Below, one piece after another: positions 47,915 through 58,735 of a DNA stretch of 64,000 nucleotides; the first letter of the stretch is position 1, and every line of letters starts with the position of its first letter. The translations under genes were made by a program, and so were the position numbers. The notes under the pieces are model-generated. The model saw nothing but the letters and a program-made list of their open reading frames with translations. It searched no databases and was not told the DNA's origin. Source of the DNA: Nitrospirota bacterium (lineage in GTDB: Bacteria; Nitrospirota; Thermodesulfovibrionia; Thermodesulfovibrionales; Dissulfurispiraceae); assembly GCA_963710375.1 (NCBI GenBank), contig CAVPZX010000004.1, forward strand, positions 32,001 to 96,000, in the 5' to 3' direction.

Positions 47915-49104
47915 TATGACATAAGCGACATGGACTCATGCGCATCGCACAGCATCTCTTTTACAGAAAGTCCGTAAGGGCATTTCCCGATGCAGGCCGG
48001 TTCATTACATTCTGCACACGCTGCTGCGTTTCTTGTCAGGGACGCATAAGACTGTATCGCCCTTTTCTCCATTCCATAGTCCTTGAAATACATCTGATAT
48101 CTCAAGACCGAGGCAATCTCCACGCCTGCAGGGCACGATACTTCGCACTCGCCGCAGCCTGTTCTGCAGTATAGTTTGCCATATAGTCCGGCATAACGAT
48201 CAAGGACCCTTTGGTCCGCAGAGGTGAATTCTGCACCAGACGCCTTCAGATAAACTTCGAGATCAGAAACCGTTTTCATAGTTATAATGAGGCCGCTCAC
48301 CTCCTGGTGCTTCAGAACCCACTTGAAGGCCGCTTGGGGAAACTCCTCTTCCCTGGCTTCAACCTTCATGTCTTTTGCTCCTGCCAGGGTCTTCATGGCA
48401 ATTACGCCGACCCCCCGCTTGTGGGCCTCTTTCATCACCTCGGGCAACTGCGGAAATTTCATGAAGTTGAAGGATGGCTGGACCACATCGAAATGGCCGG
48501 ACTTGACAGCGGTCATCAGCAGTTCTTCCATGTTATTGGGACCATGGGATGACGTGCCCAGAAAACGGATTTTCCCAGCCTGCTTAAGCGCGGCAACGGC
48601 GGCGAACATCTCTTCGCCGAGAAGCCTTTTTTTCTCTAATTCTATGTCCCTGTTCATCTCGCCGATGGCATGTACAAAGACGAAATCGAGGTAATCTGTA
48701 TTCATCCTCGACAGGCTCCCCTCAACAGCGGCTATGTAATCCTCTTTCTTTGAGCCAAAAGGGAGATGTCCCGGGTAAGGCAAGGGCTTGCAGAATTTAG
48801 ACGTAAGAATGATCTTGTCCCTCTGGATTTTCCCCATTGCTTCGCCGATGGTTTTCTCTGACAGACCGTAATCTGGAGAGGTGTCAAAATAATTGATACC
48901 GCAGTCTACAGCCCTGAGTACCATCGATGCAGCAGAGAGTTTACCGGCGCCGAAGGAGATGTCACTCATTTTCAGGCCGGTTTTACCAATTTTACGATAG
49001 CTTTTGACTGACGGGGTATTCTGAACTGTTTCCGCGCCGAGAGGCCGTGCTGCTGCAGTGGCAGTTGCAATAGCCGCCACCTTGAGAAAATCCCTTCTGT
49101 TCAT
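47914..49104 (-). CDS. Aldo/keto reductase with twin-arginine signal and C-terminal 4Fe-4S domain
   Basis: MNRRDFLK; GINYFDTSPDYG, IAMKTL; CRTGCGECEVSCP. Confidence 0.85.
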   Translation of the reverse strand: MNRRDFLKVAAIATATAAARPLGAETVQNTPSVKSYRKIGKTGLKMSDISFGAGKLSAASMVLRAVDCGINYFDTSPDYGLSEKTIGEAMGKIQRDKIILTSKFCKPLPYPGHLPFGSKKEDYIAAVEGSLSRMNTDYLDFVFVHAIGEMNRDIELEKKRLLGEEMFAAVAALKQAGKIRFLGTSSHGPNNMEELLMTAVKSGHFDVVQPSFNFMKFPQLPEVMKEAHKRGVGVIAMKTLAGAKDMKVEAREEEFPQAAFKWVLKHQEVSGLIITMKTVSDLEVYLKASGAEFTSADQRVLDRYAGLYGKLYCRTGCGECEVSCPAGVEIASVLRYQMYFKDYGMEKRAIQSYASLTRNAAACAECNEPACIGKCPYGLSVKEMLCDAHESMSLMS

Positions 49105-49125
49105 AATGAAACCTCCTCTGCTTTT

Positions 49126-49309
49126 TAGGGCTCGCGAATAAATAACTTGCACATTGATGCATCTCAGATTCAGGCTATCTTTGCCCGATCCTCAGTCGCA
49201 AAATCCTCAACGTAGTTGTGCTACGCCTGCGGTTTTGCTCAGTAGGATCAGCCAAATCTGACCCAAATCTGAACGCCTGAATGTACAAGTTATTTATTCG
49301 CGAACCCTA
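49126..49309. repeat. Palindromic MITE-like element, family C full copy
   Basis: 30-bp terminal inverted repeat tagggctcgcgaataaataacttgcacatt with 2 mismatches; internal hairpin cgtag-ttgtg-ctacg. Confidence 0.82.
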
Positions 49310-49367
49310 CCATATTTTTATTTTAGCACAACATAAGAAGGCAAACTATTGGGTCCCATCAAAAGAG

Positions 49368-50717
49368 TCAGCATTTATTTTTCCTGATCTTGTCCAGCCC
49401 GTTTACTATCCATCCAGTAATGCTTTTCCGCCTCAGTTTCACATCGACGCCTTCTATGTCACACATCTCCTGTCCTTTCTTCACAGCGAAAGAAGATGAT
49501 TTTGTCATCGACAGTACCTGGCTAGGGTATACACTCCTGTGTCCGGTCATCATGAAACTGATGACGCATGCAACAGCAGCATAAGGAGCTACTATGGGTC
49601 CGAAGATCTCTACGGCCATAATGCTCGCCGCGATGGGAGTATTAGCAGCTCCGGCCAAAACACTGACCATGCCGATTGCGGCAAAAACCGCGGGGTCCAG
49701 TCCTAATGCCCGACCAAAAATATTGCCTGCCGTCGCCCCGATAAAAAAGATGGGGGTCACGATACCCCCGCTGCCGCCGAAGTTCAAAGTGATCGAGGTA
49801 AAAATCATCTTCATGACCGAGGCAGACCAGGGAATCTTTCCGCCTTCAAGAGCGGTCTGGATGGTGTCCAAACCGAGCCCTAAATAACGTGTAGAAACCA
49901 GGAAGGCCAACCCCACGAGGACAATACCGCCGAGAATGCCCTTATAAGGCATAGGCATCTTAATGTTGTGGCTTATTTTTTTAAGGTAATTCAACAACTC
50001 GATAAACAAAAAAGAGCAGAGGCCGAAGAACAATCCGCCGAGACATACCTTGATGAAGAAGAAGCTGCTGAAGACAGGCACAAAGTTCAGTGAGTGGTGA
50101 AAATATGTAATACCCAAAGAAGATGAGACGTGGTAGCCGACTATTCCGGCAACAAATGAAGGAAGAAGCACATCATAAAGAAGTCCGCCGACAAATAAAA
50201 CCTCCACCCCGAAGATCGCGCCGGCTATGGGTGTGCCGAAAACGGTGGCAAACCCGGCGCTGATGCCGCATATGACTAATCGTCTGCGGTCCCTGTCATC
50301 AAATCTGAGGATATCCGACATAAGAGACGCAAGCCCGGCCCCTATCTGGGCACAGGGGCCTTCTTTCCCTGCAGACCCTCCGGAAGCAATCGTTATGATC
50401 GTCGCAAGCAGCTTCACAGGAACCACGAGAGGATTTATCTTTCCTGAACGTTTGTGTACAGCTTCTATCACCTTCTCCGTCCCATGGCCTTCGGCTTCCG
50501 GCGCAAGATATTTCACTATAATAACGCTTAAGAACATCGCTGCAGGAAGCAGGATAAAATAATATTGGTATCCCTTCGCAAAGTCCATGCTCAGGCCTAG
50601 TAACTTAAGAAATAACGCTGTTGAAAAGCCGACAATAATACCGGTGGCGGAAGCAAGGGAAATCCATTTGCTGATACTGATAAAAAGAATCGAACTTTCG
50701 AGAATCTTTTTCTTCAT
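49368..50717 (-). CDS. CLC-family chloride channel/antiporter
   Basis: GSAGKEGPCAQIG, FGTPIAGAIFGVE, GGIVTPIFFIG. Confidence 0.9.
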   Translation of the reverse strand: MKKKILESSILFISISKWISLASATGIIVGFSTALFLKLLGLSMDFAKGYQYYFILLPAAMFLSVIIVKYLAPEAEGHGTEKVIEAVHKRSGKINPLVVPVKLLATIITIASGGSAGKEGPCAQIGAGLASLMSDILRFDDRDRRRLVICGISAGFATVFGTPIAGAIFGVEVLFVGGLLYDVLLPSFVAGIVGYHVSSSLGITYFHHSLNFVPVFSSFFFIKVCLGGLFFGLCSFLFIELLNYLKKISHNIKMPMPYKGILGGIVLVGLAFLVSTRYLGLGLDTIQTALEGGKIPWSASVMKMIFTSITLNFGGSGGIVTPIFFIGATAGNIFGRALGLDPAVFAAIGMVSVLAGAANTPIAASIMAVEIFGPIVAPYAAVACVISFMMTGHRSVYPSQVLSMTKSSSFAVKKGQEMCDIEGVDVKLRRKSITGWIVNGLDKIRKNKC

Positions 50718-50766
50718 TGATATAAGTTTGGACCAACTATCCCGTTATAACCCTCCAGAAAACTGT

Positions 50767-50797
50767 AAGGCTATCGCAGCTTTCGCTGGATAGCCTT
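50767..50797 (-). terminator. Hairpin downstream of tRNA-Met, possible terminator or processing stem
   Basis: AAGGCTATC...GATAGCCTT inverted repeat with inner CAGC/GCTG. Confidence 0.45.
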
Positions 50798-50817
50798 GAT
50801 ATTCAATCCTTTCTATT

Positions 50818-50894
<77 letters not shown>

Positions 50895-50994
50895 GTCTCT
50901 AAGAATAGCTGAATGAGGAGAAGTATGTCAACGCTGCCCTCTATAACAGCAATCACTTTTGTGGTATGATTGCTGTTGAAAGAAGGAGCGGGTT

Positions 50995-51783
50995 GTGGAT
51001 ATAGATAGCCTGAGAAAGATCGGTAAAGAGCTATTTTTTGAGATCGGGGGAATACGGTTAAAACCGTTTGCTTCGGCAGCCATAGGCAAAGGCGCCGGCG
51101 GTGACAAAACCTATCCCATTGACAAGCAGGCAGAGGATATTATTATCGCGGCTCTCGAAAATCTCCATGAACCACTGGATATTATTTCCGAAGAGGCCGG
51201 GGCAAGGCAAATTATGACCGGCGGCAAAAGGGTTTTGATCGATCCGATCGACGGCAGCAAGAATGCGATAAACGGTGTCCCGTTTTATTGCTCATCAATT
51301 GCTGTTGCTGATGGAGATACCATAGGGAGCATCTCGGCAGCTTACATAATAAACCTTCTTTCAGGAGATGAGTTCTGGGCGGAGAGGGGGCGCGGGGCTT
51401 TTTTCAACGCTGAAAAGATTTCCACTCAGCAGGAAGACCTTCTCTATCTTGTTGCATATGAGGCTCAGAGTCCAGGGCGTCATATTCCGCAGATAATGAA
51501 TCTGCTGGGCGAGGCCAGGAGGACACGCTGTCTTGGCTCCACTGCCCTGGACCTGGCATATCTCGCTTATGGCGCCATAAGTGTTTTTGTCTGCCCTTCG
51601 CCCTCGAGGAGCTTTGATTTTGGCGCAGGATGGCTCATGGTGACAGAGGCCGGCGGCACCTTCACTGATATCGATGGAAACTCAATTGCAGACCTGGTCG
51701 CCGGGCTTGAAAAAAGCGCTCCTCTTCTGGCTTCGGGCAGCAAGGCGCTGCACGAAAGGGCCCTGAAACTTTTACATGGCTGA
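50995..51783 (+). CDS. Inositol monophosphatase/FBPase family protein
   Basis: ISEE, IDPIDGSKN, GSTALDLAY, FDFGAG. Confidence 0.88.
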   Translation: MDIDSLRKIGKELFFEIGGIRLKPFASAAIGKGAGGDKTYPIDKQAEDIIIAALENLHEPLDIISEEAGARQIMTGGKRVLIDPIDGSKNAINGVPFYCSSIAVADGDTIGSISAAYIINLLSGDEFWAERGRGAFFNAEKISTQQEDLLYLVAYEAQSPGRHIPQIMNLLGEARRTRCLGSTALDLAYLAYGAISVFVCPSPSRSFDFGAGWLMVTEAGGTFTDIDGNSIADLVAGLEKSAPLLASGSKALHERALKLLHG

Positions 51784-54451
51784 AACCATCCCGTTCCTTT
51801 TCATCTCTGCTGCAACAAAATACCGGGACAGGCGCTTGTTTCGCTTTTTTGACGGCTCATGGAAAACCATGAGCTATGGTGATTTTTTTTCGCTCACCGA
51901 GGGTGTCTCGGCCTTGCTGGCTGAATATGATGTCCTCAAGGGTGACAGGATCGCTATTGTCTCGGAGAACAGGCCGGAGTGGTGCGCATCATATATTGCT
52001 TCAGTGGGGCGCGGCTGTATCGTTGTTCCTATTGATATTCAGTTGGGCAGTGATGAGATTAGAAATCTTCTAATGGATTCCGGAACAAAGATAGCATTCT
52101 GCAGTAATAAAACCGAGAGCAATCTCATAAGTGCGATAGAAGGGACCGGGATAAGGGAAATTAATTTTGACGCGAAAGCAATTTTGCCGCTCGATCCATC
52201 CGTCACGCCATCATTCCAGAACCATGTCGCTCCCGGTGATATTGCGTCAATCATCTATACATCTGGGACGACAGGAAAACCAAAAGGAGTCATGCTCACT
52301 CACAGCAATTTCTGTTCTGACGCCGAAGCGTTGATCAAGGTGGATTTAGTGCGGCAGAACGACAATATATTAGCCGTCCTTCCTCTGCACCACACTTATC
52401 CTTTTATGTGCACCTTTCTGCTCCCCCTCTTTGTGGGAGCGACTATTACTTTCGGACCCGGTCTGAAGGCATCCGATCTGCTGTCAGCGATAAAGGAAAA
52501 CGGCGTTACGGTGGTTGCCGGCGTGCCTAGACTATTCGATATGGTCAGCAAAGGCATACTGTCCAGGATCAGGGAGAGGGGAGCTGCGTTATCGGGTGTG
52601 TTATTCGGTATGCTGAGGATGTCCGGCGTGCTCAGAAGAAGATTCGGTCTCAATATAGGGCGTATTGTTTTCGCCTCTGTTCACAAAAGTTTTAGGGGGA
52701 TAAGATTTTTTGCAAGCGGCGGTGCACGGCTTGATCCACAGGTAATGAGCGACCTAGAGGCCCTGGGTTTTACACTCCTCGAAGGATATGGGTTGACCGA
52801 AACAGCACCGGTGATCACTTTTAACCCGCTTGAGAAAAGGAAGCCGGGTTCGGCAGGGAAACCGCTGCCCGGCGTCGGGATAAAGATAATGGACGACGGC
52901 GAGATTCTTGCTAAAGGCCCAATGGTTATGAAGGGATACTATGAAAATGAAGATGCGACACGTGAGGTCATAAAGGATGGCTGGCTTTTTACCGGAGATC
53001 TCGGCCATGTTGATGAAGACGGCTATCTTTTTATTACAGGTAGAAAGAAGGAAGTTATTGTGCTTAGTTCCGGGAAAAACATATACCCTGAAGACGTTGA
53101 GAGTGCGTATATCGCAATATCCCTGATAAAAGAAATATGTGTTGCAGGCAGTGAGCATAACGGGATAGTTGATGGAATCCTGGCAGTAATCGTGCCTGAT
53201 TTTGAGTATGCTAGACAGCACTCGATAGGGAATATAAATGATGAACTAAGCTGGAAGATAAGCGAGGTGTCTGCGCGATTGCCTGAGTTTATGAGGATCA
53301 GGGGATATACCCTTTCCTCTGAAACGCTGCCCCGCACGCCACTCGGAAAGTTGAGGCGATTTATGGTGCAGGACTTTATTGGTGAAAGGGGGCATCCGTC
53401 GCAGACCATGCTGAAAGAGGACAGTCAGCTTATGGAAGACCCGGTGGGCATGAAGGTCGCAGAGTGCATTATTCCGCTGGTCGCTGATGGCGTAATCATC
53501 CATGCTCTCGATAATCTTGAACTGGACCTCGGTTTCGACTCGTTAAGAAAAATAGAACTTATGGCATCTCTGGAGAGATCATTTGTTGTTGATCTTCCTG
53601 AAACCTTTATTTCAGAAGCGCATACGGTGGGAGATATAGTTGCAGCACTTAAACCGCATCACGGCGCAGAAATATCAGGCAGTGGGGTGGCCCAAGTGTC
53701 GTACCCCCCAAAGTCTCACGACTTTTCGGGGACCCCTGTGCCGTGGAAGGCTATTCTCGACAAAGAGCCGTCTCCCGCAGATGCGAACAAAATCGGATAT
53801 ACGCAGAGTCCTGCGGAGCTTGCCCTTCTTTATGTGTTTATTATGGGATTGAAGCTTTTCTGCAAACTTCTGTTCCGGCTAAAAGTAGAGGGCCGGGAGC
53901 ACATACCCGATGAAGGCCCCTATGTCATAACTCCCAATCATGCCAGTTATCTGGATGGCTTTATTATTGCGGCAGCGGTGCCTTTCAGCGTATTCAGGAA
54001 ACTTCATTATCTGGGTGTGCAGGAATTTTTTACCGGAGGGATCAAGTCATGGGTTGGGCGCATGGGGCATGTCATCCCTGTCAATGCTGAGATATATCTG
54101 CACAAGGCGCTGCAGTTGTCTTCATATGTCCTGAAAAGGAGGAGATCCCTTTGCATATTCCCGGAGGGCGGCCGCTCATTTGACGGCAGTGTTATGCCGT
54201 TTAAAAAGGGAATCGGGGTGCTGGCGCTCGAAATGAACGTGCCGGTAGTGCCCGCTTGCATTGACGGGACCTTCAAGGCACTCCAGAGGGGGGCTTTTTT
54301 TATTCGTCCGGTGCCGGTAAGAGTTGTTTTTGGAGAGAAAATACTGCCCTCGCGCGCTATGGGGAAAGGGGCATCGCCTGACCTTGACGAGCATCAACTT
54401 TTTGCTGATGACCTGAGAAAGCGTGTTATTATGCTCTCGCATAAGTTTTGA
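51776..54451 (+). CDS. AMP-dependent acyl ligase + carrier domain + PlsC-type acyltransferase fusion
   Basis: YTSGTTGKPKG, EGYGLTE, TGDLG; LGFDSL phosphopantetheine site; NHASYLD and FPEGGRS. Confidence 0.88.
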   Translation: MAETIPFLFISAATKYRDRRLFRFFDGSWKTMSYGDFFSLTEGVSALLAEYDVLKGDRIAIVSENRPEWCASYIASVGRGCIVVPIDIQLGSDEIRNLLMDSGTKIAFCSNKTESNLISAIEGTGIREINFDAKAILPLDPSVTPSFQNHVAPGDIASIIYTSGTTGKPKGVMLTHSNFCSDAEALIKVDLVRQNDNILAVLPLHHTYPFMCTFLLPLFVGATITFGPGLKASDLLSAIKENGVTVVAGVPRLFDMVSKGILSRIRERGAALSGVLFGMLRMSGVLRRRFGLNIGRIVFASVHKSFRGIRFFASGGARLDPQVMSDLEALGFTLLEGYGLTETAPVITFNPLEKRKPGSAGKPLPGVGIKIMDDGEILAKGPMVMKGYYENEDATREVIKDGWLFTGDLGHVDEDGYLFITGRKKEVIVLSSGKNIYPEDVESAYIAISLIKEICVAGSEHNGIVDGILAVIVPDFEYARQHSIGNINDELSWKISEVSARLPEFMRIRGYTLSSETLPRTPLGKLRRFMVQDFIGERGHPSQTMLKEDSQLMEDPVGMKVAECIIPLVADGVIIHALDNLELDLGFDSLRKIELMASLERSFVVDLPETFISEAHTVGDIVAALKPHHGAEISGSGVAQVSYPPKSHDFSGTPVPWKAILDKEPSPADANKIGYTQSPAELALLYVFIMGLKLFCKLLFRLKVEGREHIPDEGPYVITPNHASYLDGFIIAAAVPFSVFRKLHYLGVQEFFTGGIKSWVGRMGHVIPVNAEIYLHKALQLSSYVLKRRRSLCIFPEGGRSFDGSVMPFKKGIGVLALEMNVPVVPACIDGTFKALQRGAFFIRPVPVRVVFGEKILPSRAMGKGASPDLDEHQLFADDLRKRVIMLSHKF

Positions 54452-54734
54452 ACGTCGGTGATCACAATATAATACTGGCTGATATATGTTAGACGATGAA
54501 AACATACCAATAATCAGCAAGGACGTAGAGGGGAACCACGGCCGAATTTTTCCATAAAGATTGGAATTAATCCATCTCCATACTGTATAACATTCCTAAG
54601 AAATCCCAATAAATCAAAAAGATAGTACATTGAGTCGTCTGGCATATCTTTTGCTCTCTTCTGCAGAGTTATTGATTATGGCCGTTATAACAGGATACAA
54701 TACACGATCAATAGCCAATATTGAAGGGCACTAT

Positions 54735-55688
54735 ATGACACGTATTACAACCAGAGCACACTTGAGTATCTCGTTCGGCAGAGCCTTGAAATCCGAAATT
54801 AGGATGGGTCTGATTTTGGCGTTGCTGCTTCTTTGCTGCCTTTCTCCATCGGCTGCCGTCGGCGGGGCAACTGAGGATTTGCCGCGCGCTGCGGTCGGCA
54901 TTTCGGAGCAGATGTATCATGATATTGACGCCAGAGATGCCGCTGCTGCTTTTAAAATTTGGATGGCCGAGCTTGCTGATAAGACCGGCTTTAGATGCGA
55001 AACCGTCATGTATCCCGACATTCACAGTCTTGTCGAGGATTTCCAGAAGGGTCGGATTGATATGGCCTCGCTCTCTCCTTTGGCATTTTTTAAATATGAA
55101 ACAGTACTGCAGTCGGACCCTGCAGTTATCGGGGTCAGACATGGAACGGCATCGTGGCGCTACGTTGTTTTGGTTTCAGCCGATCATCCATATGGGAGCA
55201 TCAACTCCCTGAAAGGCCTCAGGCTTGCTATCACCCAAAACGACGATTTGGCGCTCCTCTATCTGAACACCCTTCTGCTCCGTGAGGGTCATCAGGAAAT
55301 GGACCGTTTTTTTTCAACAGTGCTGAACAAGCCAAAACCTTCGCAGACTATCAATGCAGTCTATTTTGGAGCAGCAGATGTCTGCGTGACGACCGAGCAG
55401 GCATTTCAAATCATGACCGAGATGAATCCGCAGGTTGGCAGAAAGCTCAAGATAGTAAGCATATCTCCAGGACTGCTGCAAGGAGTTGGTATATATCGTC
55501 ATTCTTATCCAAAAGACCTCCGGAAAAGGATAGAGGCGGTTTTCCGCAACTTTAAAACATATCCTCGCGGCAAACAGGTGCTGACACTGTTTCAGATTGA
55601 TGATCTTGAAATCCCAAGCAGCCATGATTTTGATGAGACTCGGAAGCTCTACCGCGAATACTTGCGTCTGAAAGGAAAGAAGCAGTGA
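54735..55688 (+). CDS. PhnD/SsuA-like periplasmic binding protein upstream of sensor kinase; start uncertain
   Basis: Signal peptide; VLVSAD...SINSLKG.RLA, AVYFGAADVC, EMNPQVGRKL. Confidence 0.75.
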   Translation: MTRITTRAHLSISFGRALKSEIRMGLILALLLLCCLSPSAAVGGATEDLPRAAVGISEQMYHDIDARDAAAAFKIWMAELADKTGFRCETVMYPDIHSLVEDFQKGRIDMASLSPLAFFKYETVLQSDPAVIGVRHGTASWRYVVLVSADHPYGSINSLKGLRLAITQNDDLALLYLNTLLLREGHQEMDRFFSTVLNKPKPSQTINAVYFGAADVCVTTEQAFQIMTEMNPQVGRKLKIVSISPGLLQGVGIYRHSYPKDLRKRIEAVFRNFKTYPRGKQVLTLFQIDDLEIPSSHDFDETRKLYREYLRLKGKKQ

Positions 55689-55956
55689 GCGCATTAATAA
55701 CAGGAGCGGAACTGTTTCCCAAGCGGGAACGGCTGCTCTGGTGTTTTGCAGTGTTTCTTGTGGCATGCTGTCTTGCGCATTTGCATGTCCTGTCTTAAGC
55801 AGCCGAGTAATCGATGCGTTTCTGCTATATCTCAGGATATTGTTGACACTGCTCAGGTCGGATGGTCTAGCTCCTGTCACCGATTACGACCTGCGATTCA
55901 CGGTGGCTCTCATAGAAGAATACCGAAGGTTGAAGTTGAAAGGGAATAAACTATGA
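55685..55956 (+). pseudogene. Probable internally deleted remnant of a second PhnD-like paralog
   Basis: C-terminus LLTLLRSDGL...DYDL...EEYRRLKLKG aligns by eye with the upstream protein's VLTLFQIDDL...HDF...REYLRLKG. Confidence 0.5.
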
Positions 55957-58682
55957 AAAGCGGTATATTCATTCGGACCTTTATTCTCGTTTTGCTCGTT
56001 CCGAGCCTGGTTATCGTCTTTTTTACACTTCTCTCAATTCCTCGTGAACGGCATGCCCTGTTGGAATCTATGGCGGCACAGTCGAGGGGAATGATATCTA
56101 CAGCAGCCGAAATCAACGCCAACACGTTCGCCTCGAATGACTACGGAGCGATTGTCAACATGGCCGGCCAGATAGTCAGAATCAACCCGGCAGTCCGCTA
56201 TCTGCTGATCGCCCGTTCCGATGGTCCGTGCATTGTGACTTTTCAAGAGAAATGGGAAGAGCATCAATCTGGAGATGGACTCTGCACCGCTGCATTAGCA
56301 TCAGGGAACGGGATTGCGGAAAGCAATCCTGTGACACGGGAACGTGCCTATATATTTACCTATCACCTGAATTACTCCGGGATTGAATGGGGATTTGCCC
56401 AACTCGGAATGTCGGCAGATGCATACGATGCCGGGATGAGAAGCATCTATGTAAACATCGTGCTCATAGCTACGACAAGCATTGCCGTTGCAGCTCTGTT
56501 AGCCTTCCTGTTCGCCAAGCAGCTGACAAATCCACTGCTGCATCTGCGTGCGACAACAGACCGTATCATGCAGGGGGACCTCACTGCCCGCGCTGATGTT
56601 AGGAACTTTGATGAGATAGGCATGCTCGCAATATCCTTCAACGCAATGACTGAGTCTATGATTGCTTCGCAGATCGCGCTCAAGAAGGCGAAGACTGCAG
56701 CGGAAGCGGCAAATGTGGCAAAGGGCGAGTTTCTGGCTAACATGAGTCATGAAATCCGCACCCCGATGAACGGCATAATGGGGATGACCGGTTTGCTTCT
56801 AGACACAGGGCTTTCTGAGGAGCAGAGGAACTATGCCGAGATGTTGCGCTCAAGCGGCGAGTTGTTGCTGGGCCTGATCAACGATATCCTTGACTTCTCC
56901 AAGATAGAGGCAGGCAAACTGGAGATAGAGACAATAGAGTTTGATCTGAGAAACACGCTTGAAGAGACTGCTGAGTTTATGGCCTTGAGGGCCTATGAAA
57001 AGGGTCTTGAGTTAATATGCCGGATAGACCCCGGCGTCCACACATTCCTTATAGGCGACCCTGGCCGGCTTCGCCAGGTATTAGTGAACCTGATAGGGAA
57101 TGCCATCAAGTTCACCTCAGTGGGCGAGGTGGTTATCGAAGCAGTGACGGAATATGAGAGAGACGGTCAGATAGCGGTGCGTTTCAATATAAGGGATACC
57201 GGCATTGGTATAGCGGAAGACAAACTGCCTTTATTGTTTGACAGTTTTCAGCAGGTTGATGCCTCGACATCGAGGAAGTTTGGCGGCAGCGGCCTTGGGT
57301 TGGCAATATCGAAACGTCTGGTTGAACTAATGAACGGCAGGATTGGGGTTGAAAGCATAGAAGGGAAGGGTTCCAACTTCTGGTTTACAGCAGTGTTCGA
57401 TAAGTGGAGCGTGCCGGACAGTAGTAAAGTGCCTCCATTTGCCGATATCAGCGGGGTGAGGATACTGTCGGTAGACGACAATGCGGTGAACCGCATCGTA
57501 ATTGCAGAGCAGATGAAGTCGTGGGGAGTGCGCCATGCCGAGGCCGGGGGAGCTTTAACGGCAATGGAGATGCTCCATGCTGCTCAAGCTGAAGGGGACC
57601 CTTTTAGGGTTGTAGTTACTGATATGCAAATGCCTGGCATGGATGGCGAAGCCCTTGCCAGGGCCATCAAGGCAGACCCTGTTTTGAGGGACACTTTGCT
57701 GATTATGCTGACATCCAGTGGAGTGAGGGGAGATTCAAAGAGGTTTGCGAGCCTTGGATTTTCCGCATATCTTACCAAACCTGTAAGGATGTTCCAACTG
57801 CACAACTGCATAGCCGCAGTCCTTGGTGGGAGCTGTCTGCATGAAAAGGAGGAAGCCGCTATTGTTACGACGCATTGGCTTCGTGAGGCATCCAGGCAGA
57901 ATGCGCGCATTCTACTGGTGGAGGATAACAAAGTGAATAAACTGGTGGCAGAGGGCATTCTGGGCAAATTGGGGTTTATTGCTGACACTGCTGACAATGG
58001 CCAGCAGGCGATCAATATGCTGGAAGCCGCTTCTTACGACATAGTCTTCATGGATGTGCAGATGCCTGTTATGGATGGGTATCAGGCGACCATGGCTATC
58101 CGGGGCGGCAAGACAAAGGCAGCGAATCCCAATGTACCAATTATTGCAATGACAGCCCATGCCATGACGGGTGACAGAGAGAAATGCCTGCAATGTGGGA
58201 TGGACGATTATATCTCAAAGCCGATCTCTCCGAGGAAATTGTCCAAGGTGCTCGAAAAATGGCTGCCACAGGCGCGGGTCAAGTTGCCGGCTGCAACTGA
58301 TACGACCCATGATAAGACAGCAGCGGCAGTAGAAGCATTGCCGGTCTTTGACTATGAGGGGCTAATGGAGCGCATAATGGATGACAAGGGTTTGGCCGGA
58401 ACAATCGTTACGGCATTCATGAAAGAAATACCCTGGATGGTTGATGACCTCAGGGTGCAGATAGCGCGGGGCGATGCGGGACTTGCGGGCAGACAAGCCC
58501 ACAAGATCAAGGGGGCAGCGTCCAACACAGGATGTATGGCAATGAGCGCCATAGCAGCTGATATGCAGAAGGCCGGAGAACAAGGGGAAATGGAGACACT
58601 GATTGCACTTATGCCTGAGCTCGATAGCCAGCTTGAGTTACTGAAGGCTAAAGTCAAAGACTCGGGACTATTAACATCTTAA
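55953..58682 (+). CDS. Hybrid sensor histidine kinase (periplasmic sensor-HAMP-HisKA-HATPase-REC-REC-HPt)
   Basis: [29 protein letters not shown], two receiver domains (DMQMP, DVQMP), AHKIKGAA. Confidence 0.93.
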   Translation: MKSGIFIRTFILVLLVPSLVIVFFTLLSIPRERHALLESMAAQSRGMISTAAEINANTFASNDYGAIVNMAGQIVRINPAVRYLLIARSDGPCIVTFQEKWEEHQSGDGLCTAALASGNGIAESNPVTRERAYIFTYHLNYSGIEWGFAQLGMSADAYDAGMRSIYVNIVLIATTSIAVAALLAFLFAKQLTNPLLHLRATTDRIMQGDLTARADVRNFDEIGMLAISFNAMTESMIASQIALKKAKTAAEAANVAKGEFLANMSHEIRTPMNGIMGMTGLLLDTGLSEEQRNYAEMLRSSGELLLGLINDILDFSKIEAGKLEIETIEFDLRNTLEETAEFMALRAYEKGLELICRIDPGVHTFLIGDPGRLRQVLVNLIGNAIKFTSVGEVVIEAVTEYERDGQIAVRFNIRDTGIGIAEDKLPLLFDSFQQVDASTSRKFGGSGLGLAISKRLVELMNGRIGVESIEGKGSNFWFTAVFDKWSVPDSSKVPPFADISGVRILSVDDNAVNRIVIAEQMKSWGVRHAEAGGALTAMEMLHAAQAEGDPFRVVVTDMQMPGMDGEALARAIKADPVLRDTLLIMLTSSGVRGDSKRFASLGFSAYLTKPVRMFQLHNCIAAVLGGSCLHEKEEAAIVTTHWLREASRQNARILLVEDNKVNKLVAEGILGKLGFIADTADNGQQAINMLEAASYDIVFMDVQMPVMDGYQATMAIRGGKTKAANPNVPIIAMTAHAMTGDREKCLQCGMDDYISKPISPRKLSKVLEKWLPQARVKLPAATDTTHDKTAAAVEALPVFDYEGLMERIMDDKGLAGTIVTAFMKEIPWMVDDLRVQIARGDAGLAGRQAHKIKGAASNTGCMAMSAIAADMQKAGEQGEMETLIALMPELDSQLELLKAKVKDSGLLTS

Positions 58683-58700
58683 TGATATGATAGATAATAG

Positions 58701-58729
58701 TTGACTTATGCGCTCAAGTTTTATATAAT
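58701..58729 (+). promoter_or_regulatory. Near-consensus sigma70 promoter
   Basis: TTGACT-N17-TATAAT. Confidence 0.8.
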
Positions 58730-58735
58730 TGAATT

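Noticed and set aside
50718..50817. Possible fluoride riboswitch before the CLC gene
   Set aside because: No crcB-motif consensus visible, and the protein has GKEGP rather than the GREGT signature of fluoride-specific CLCs
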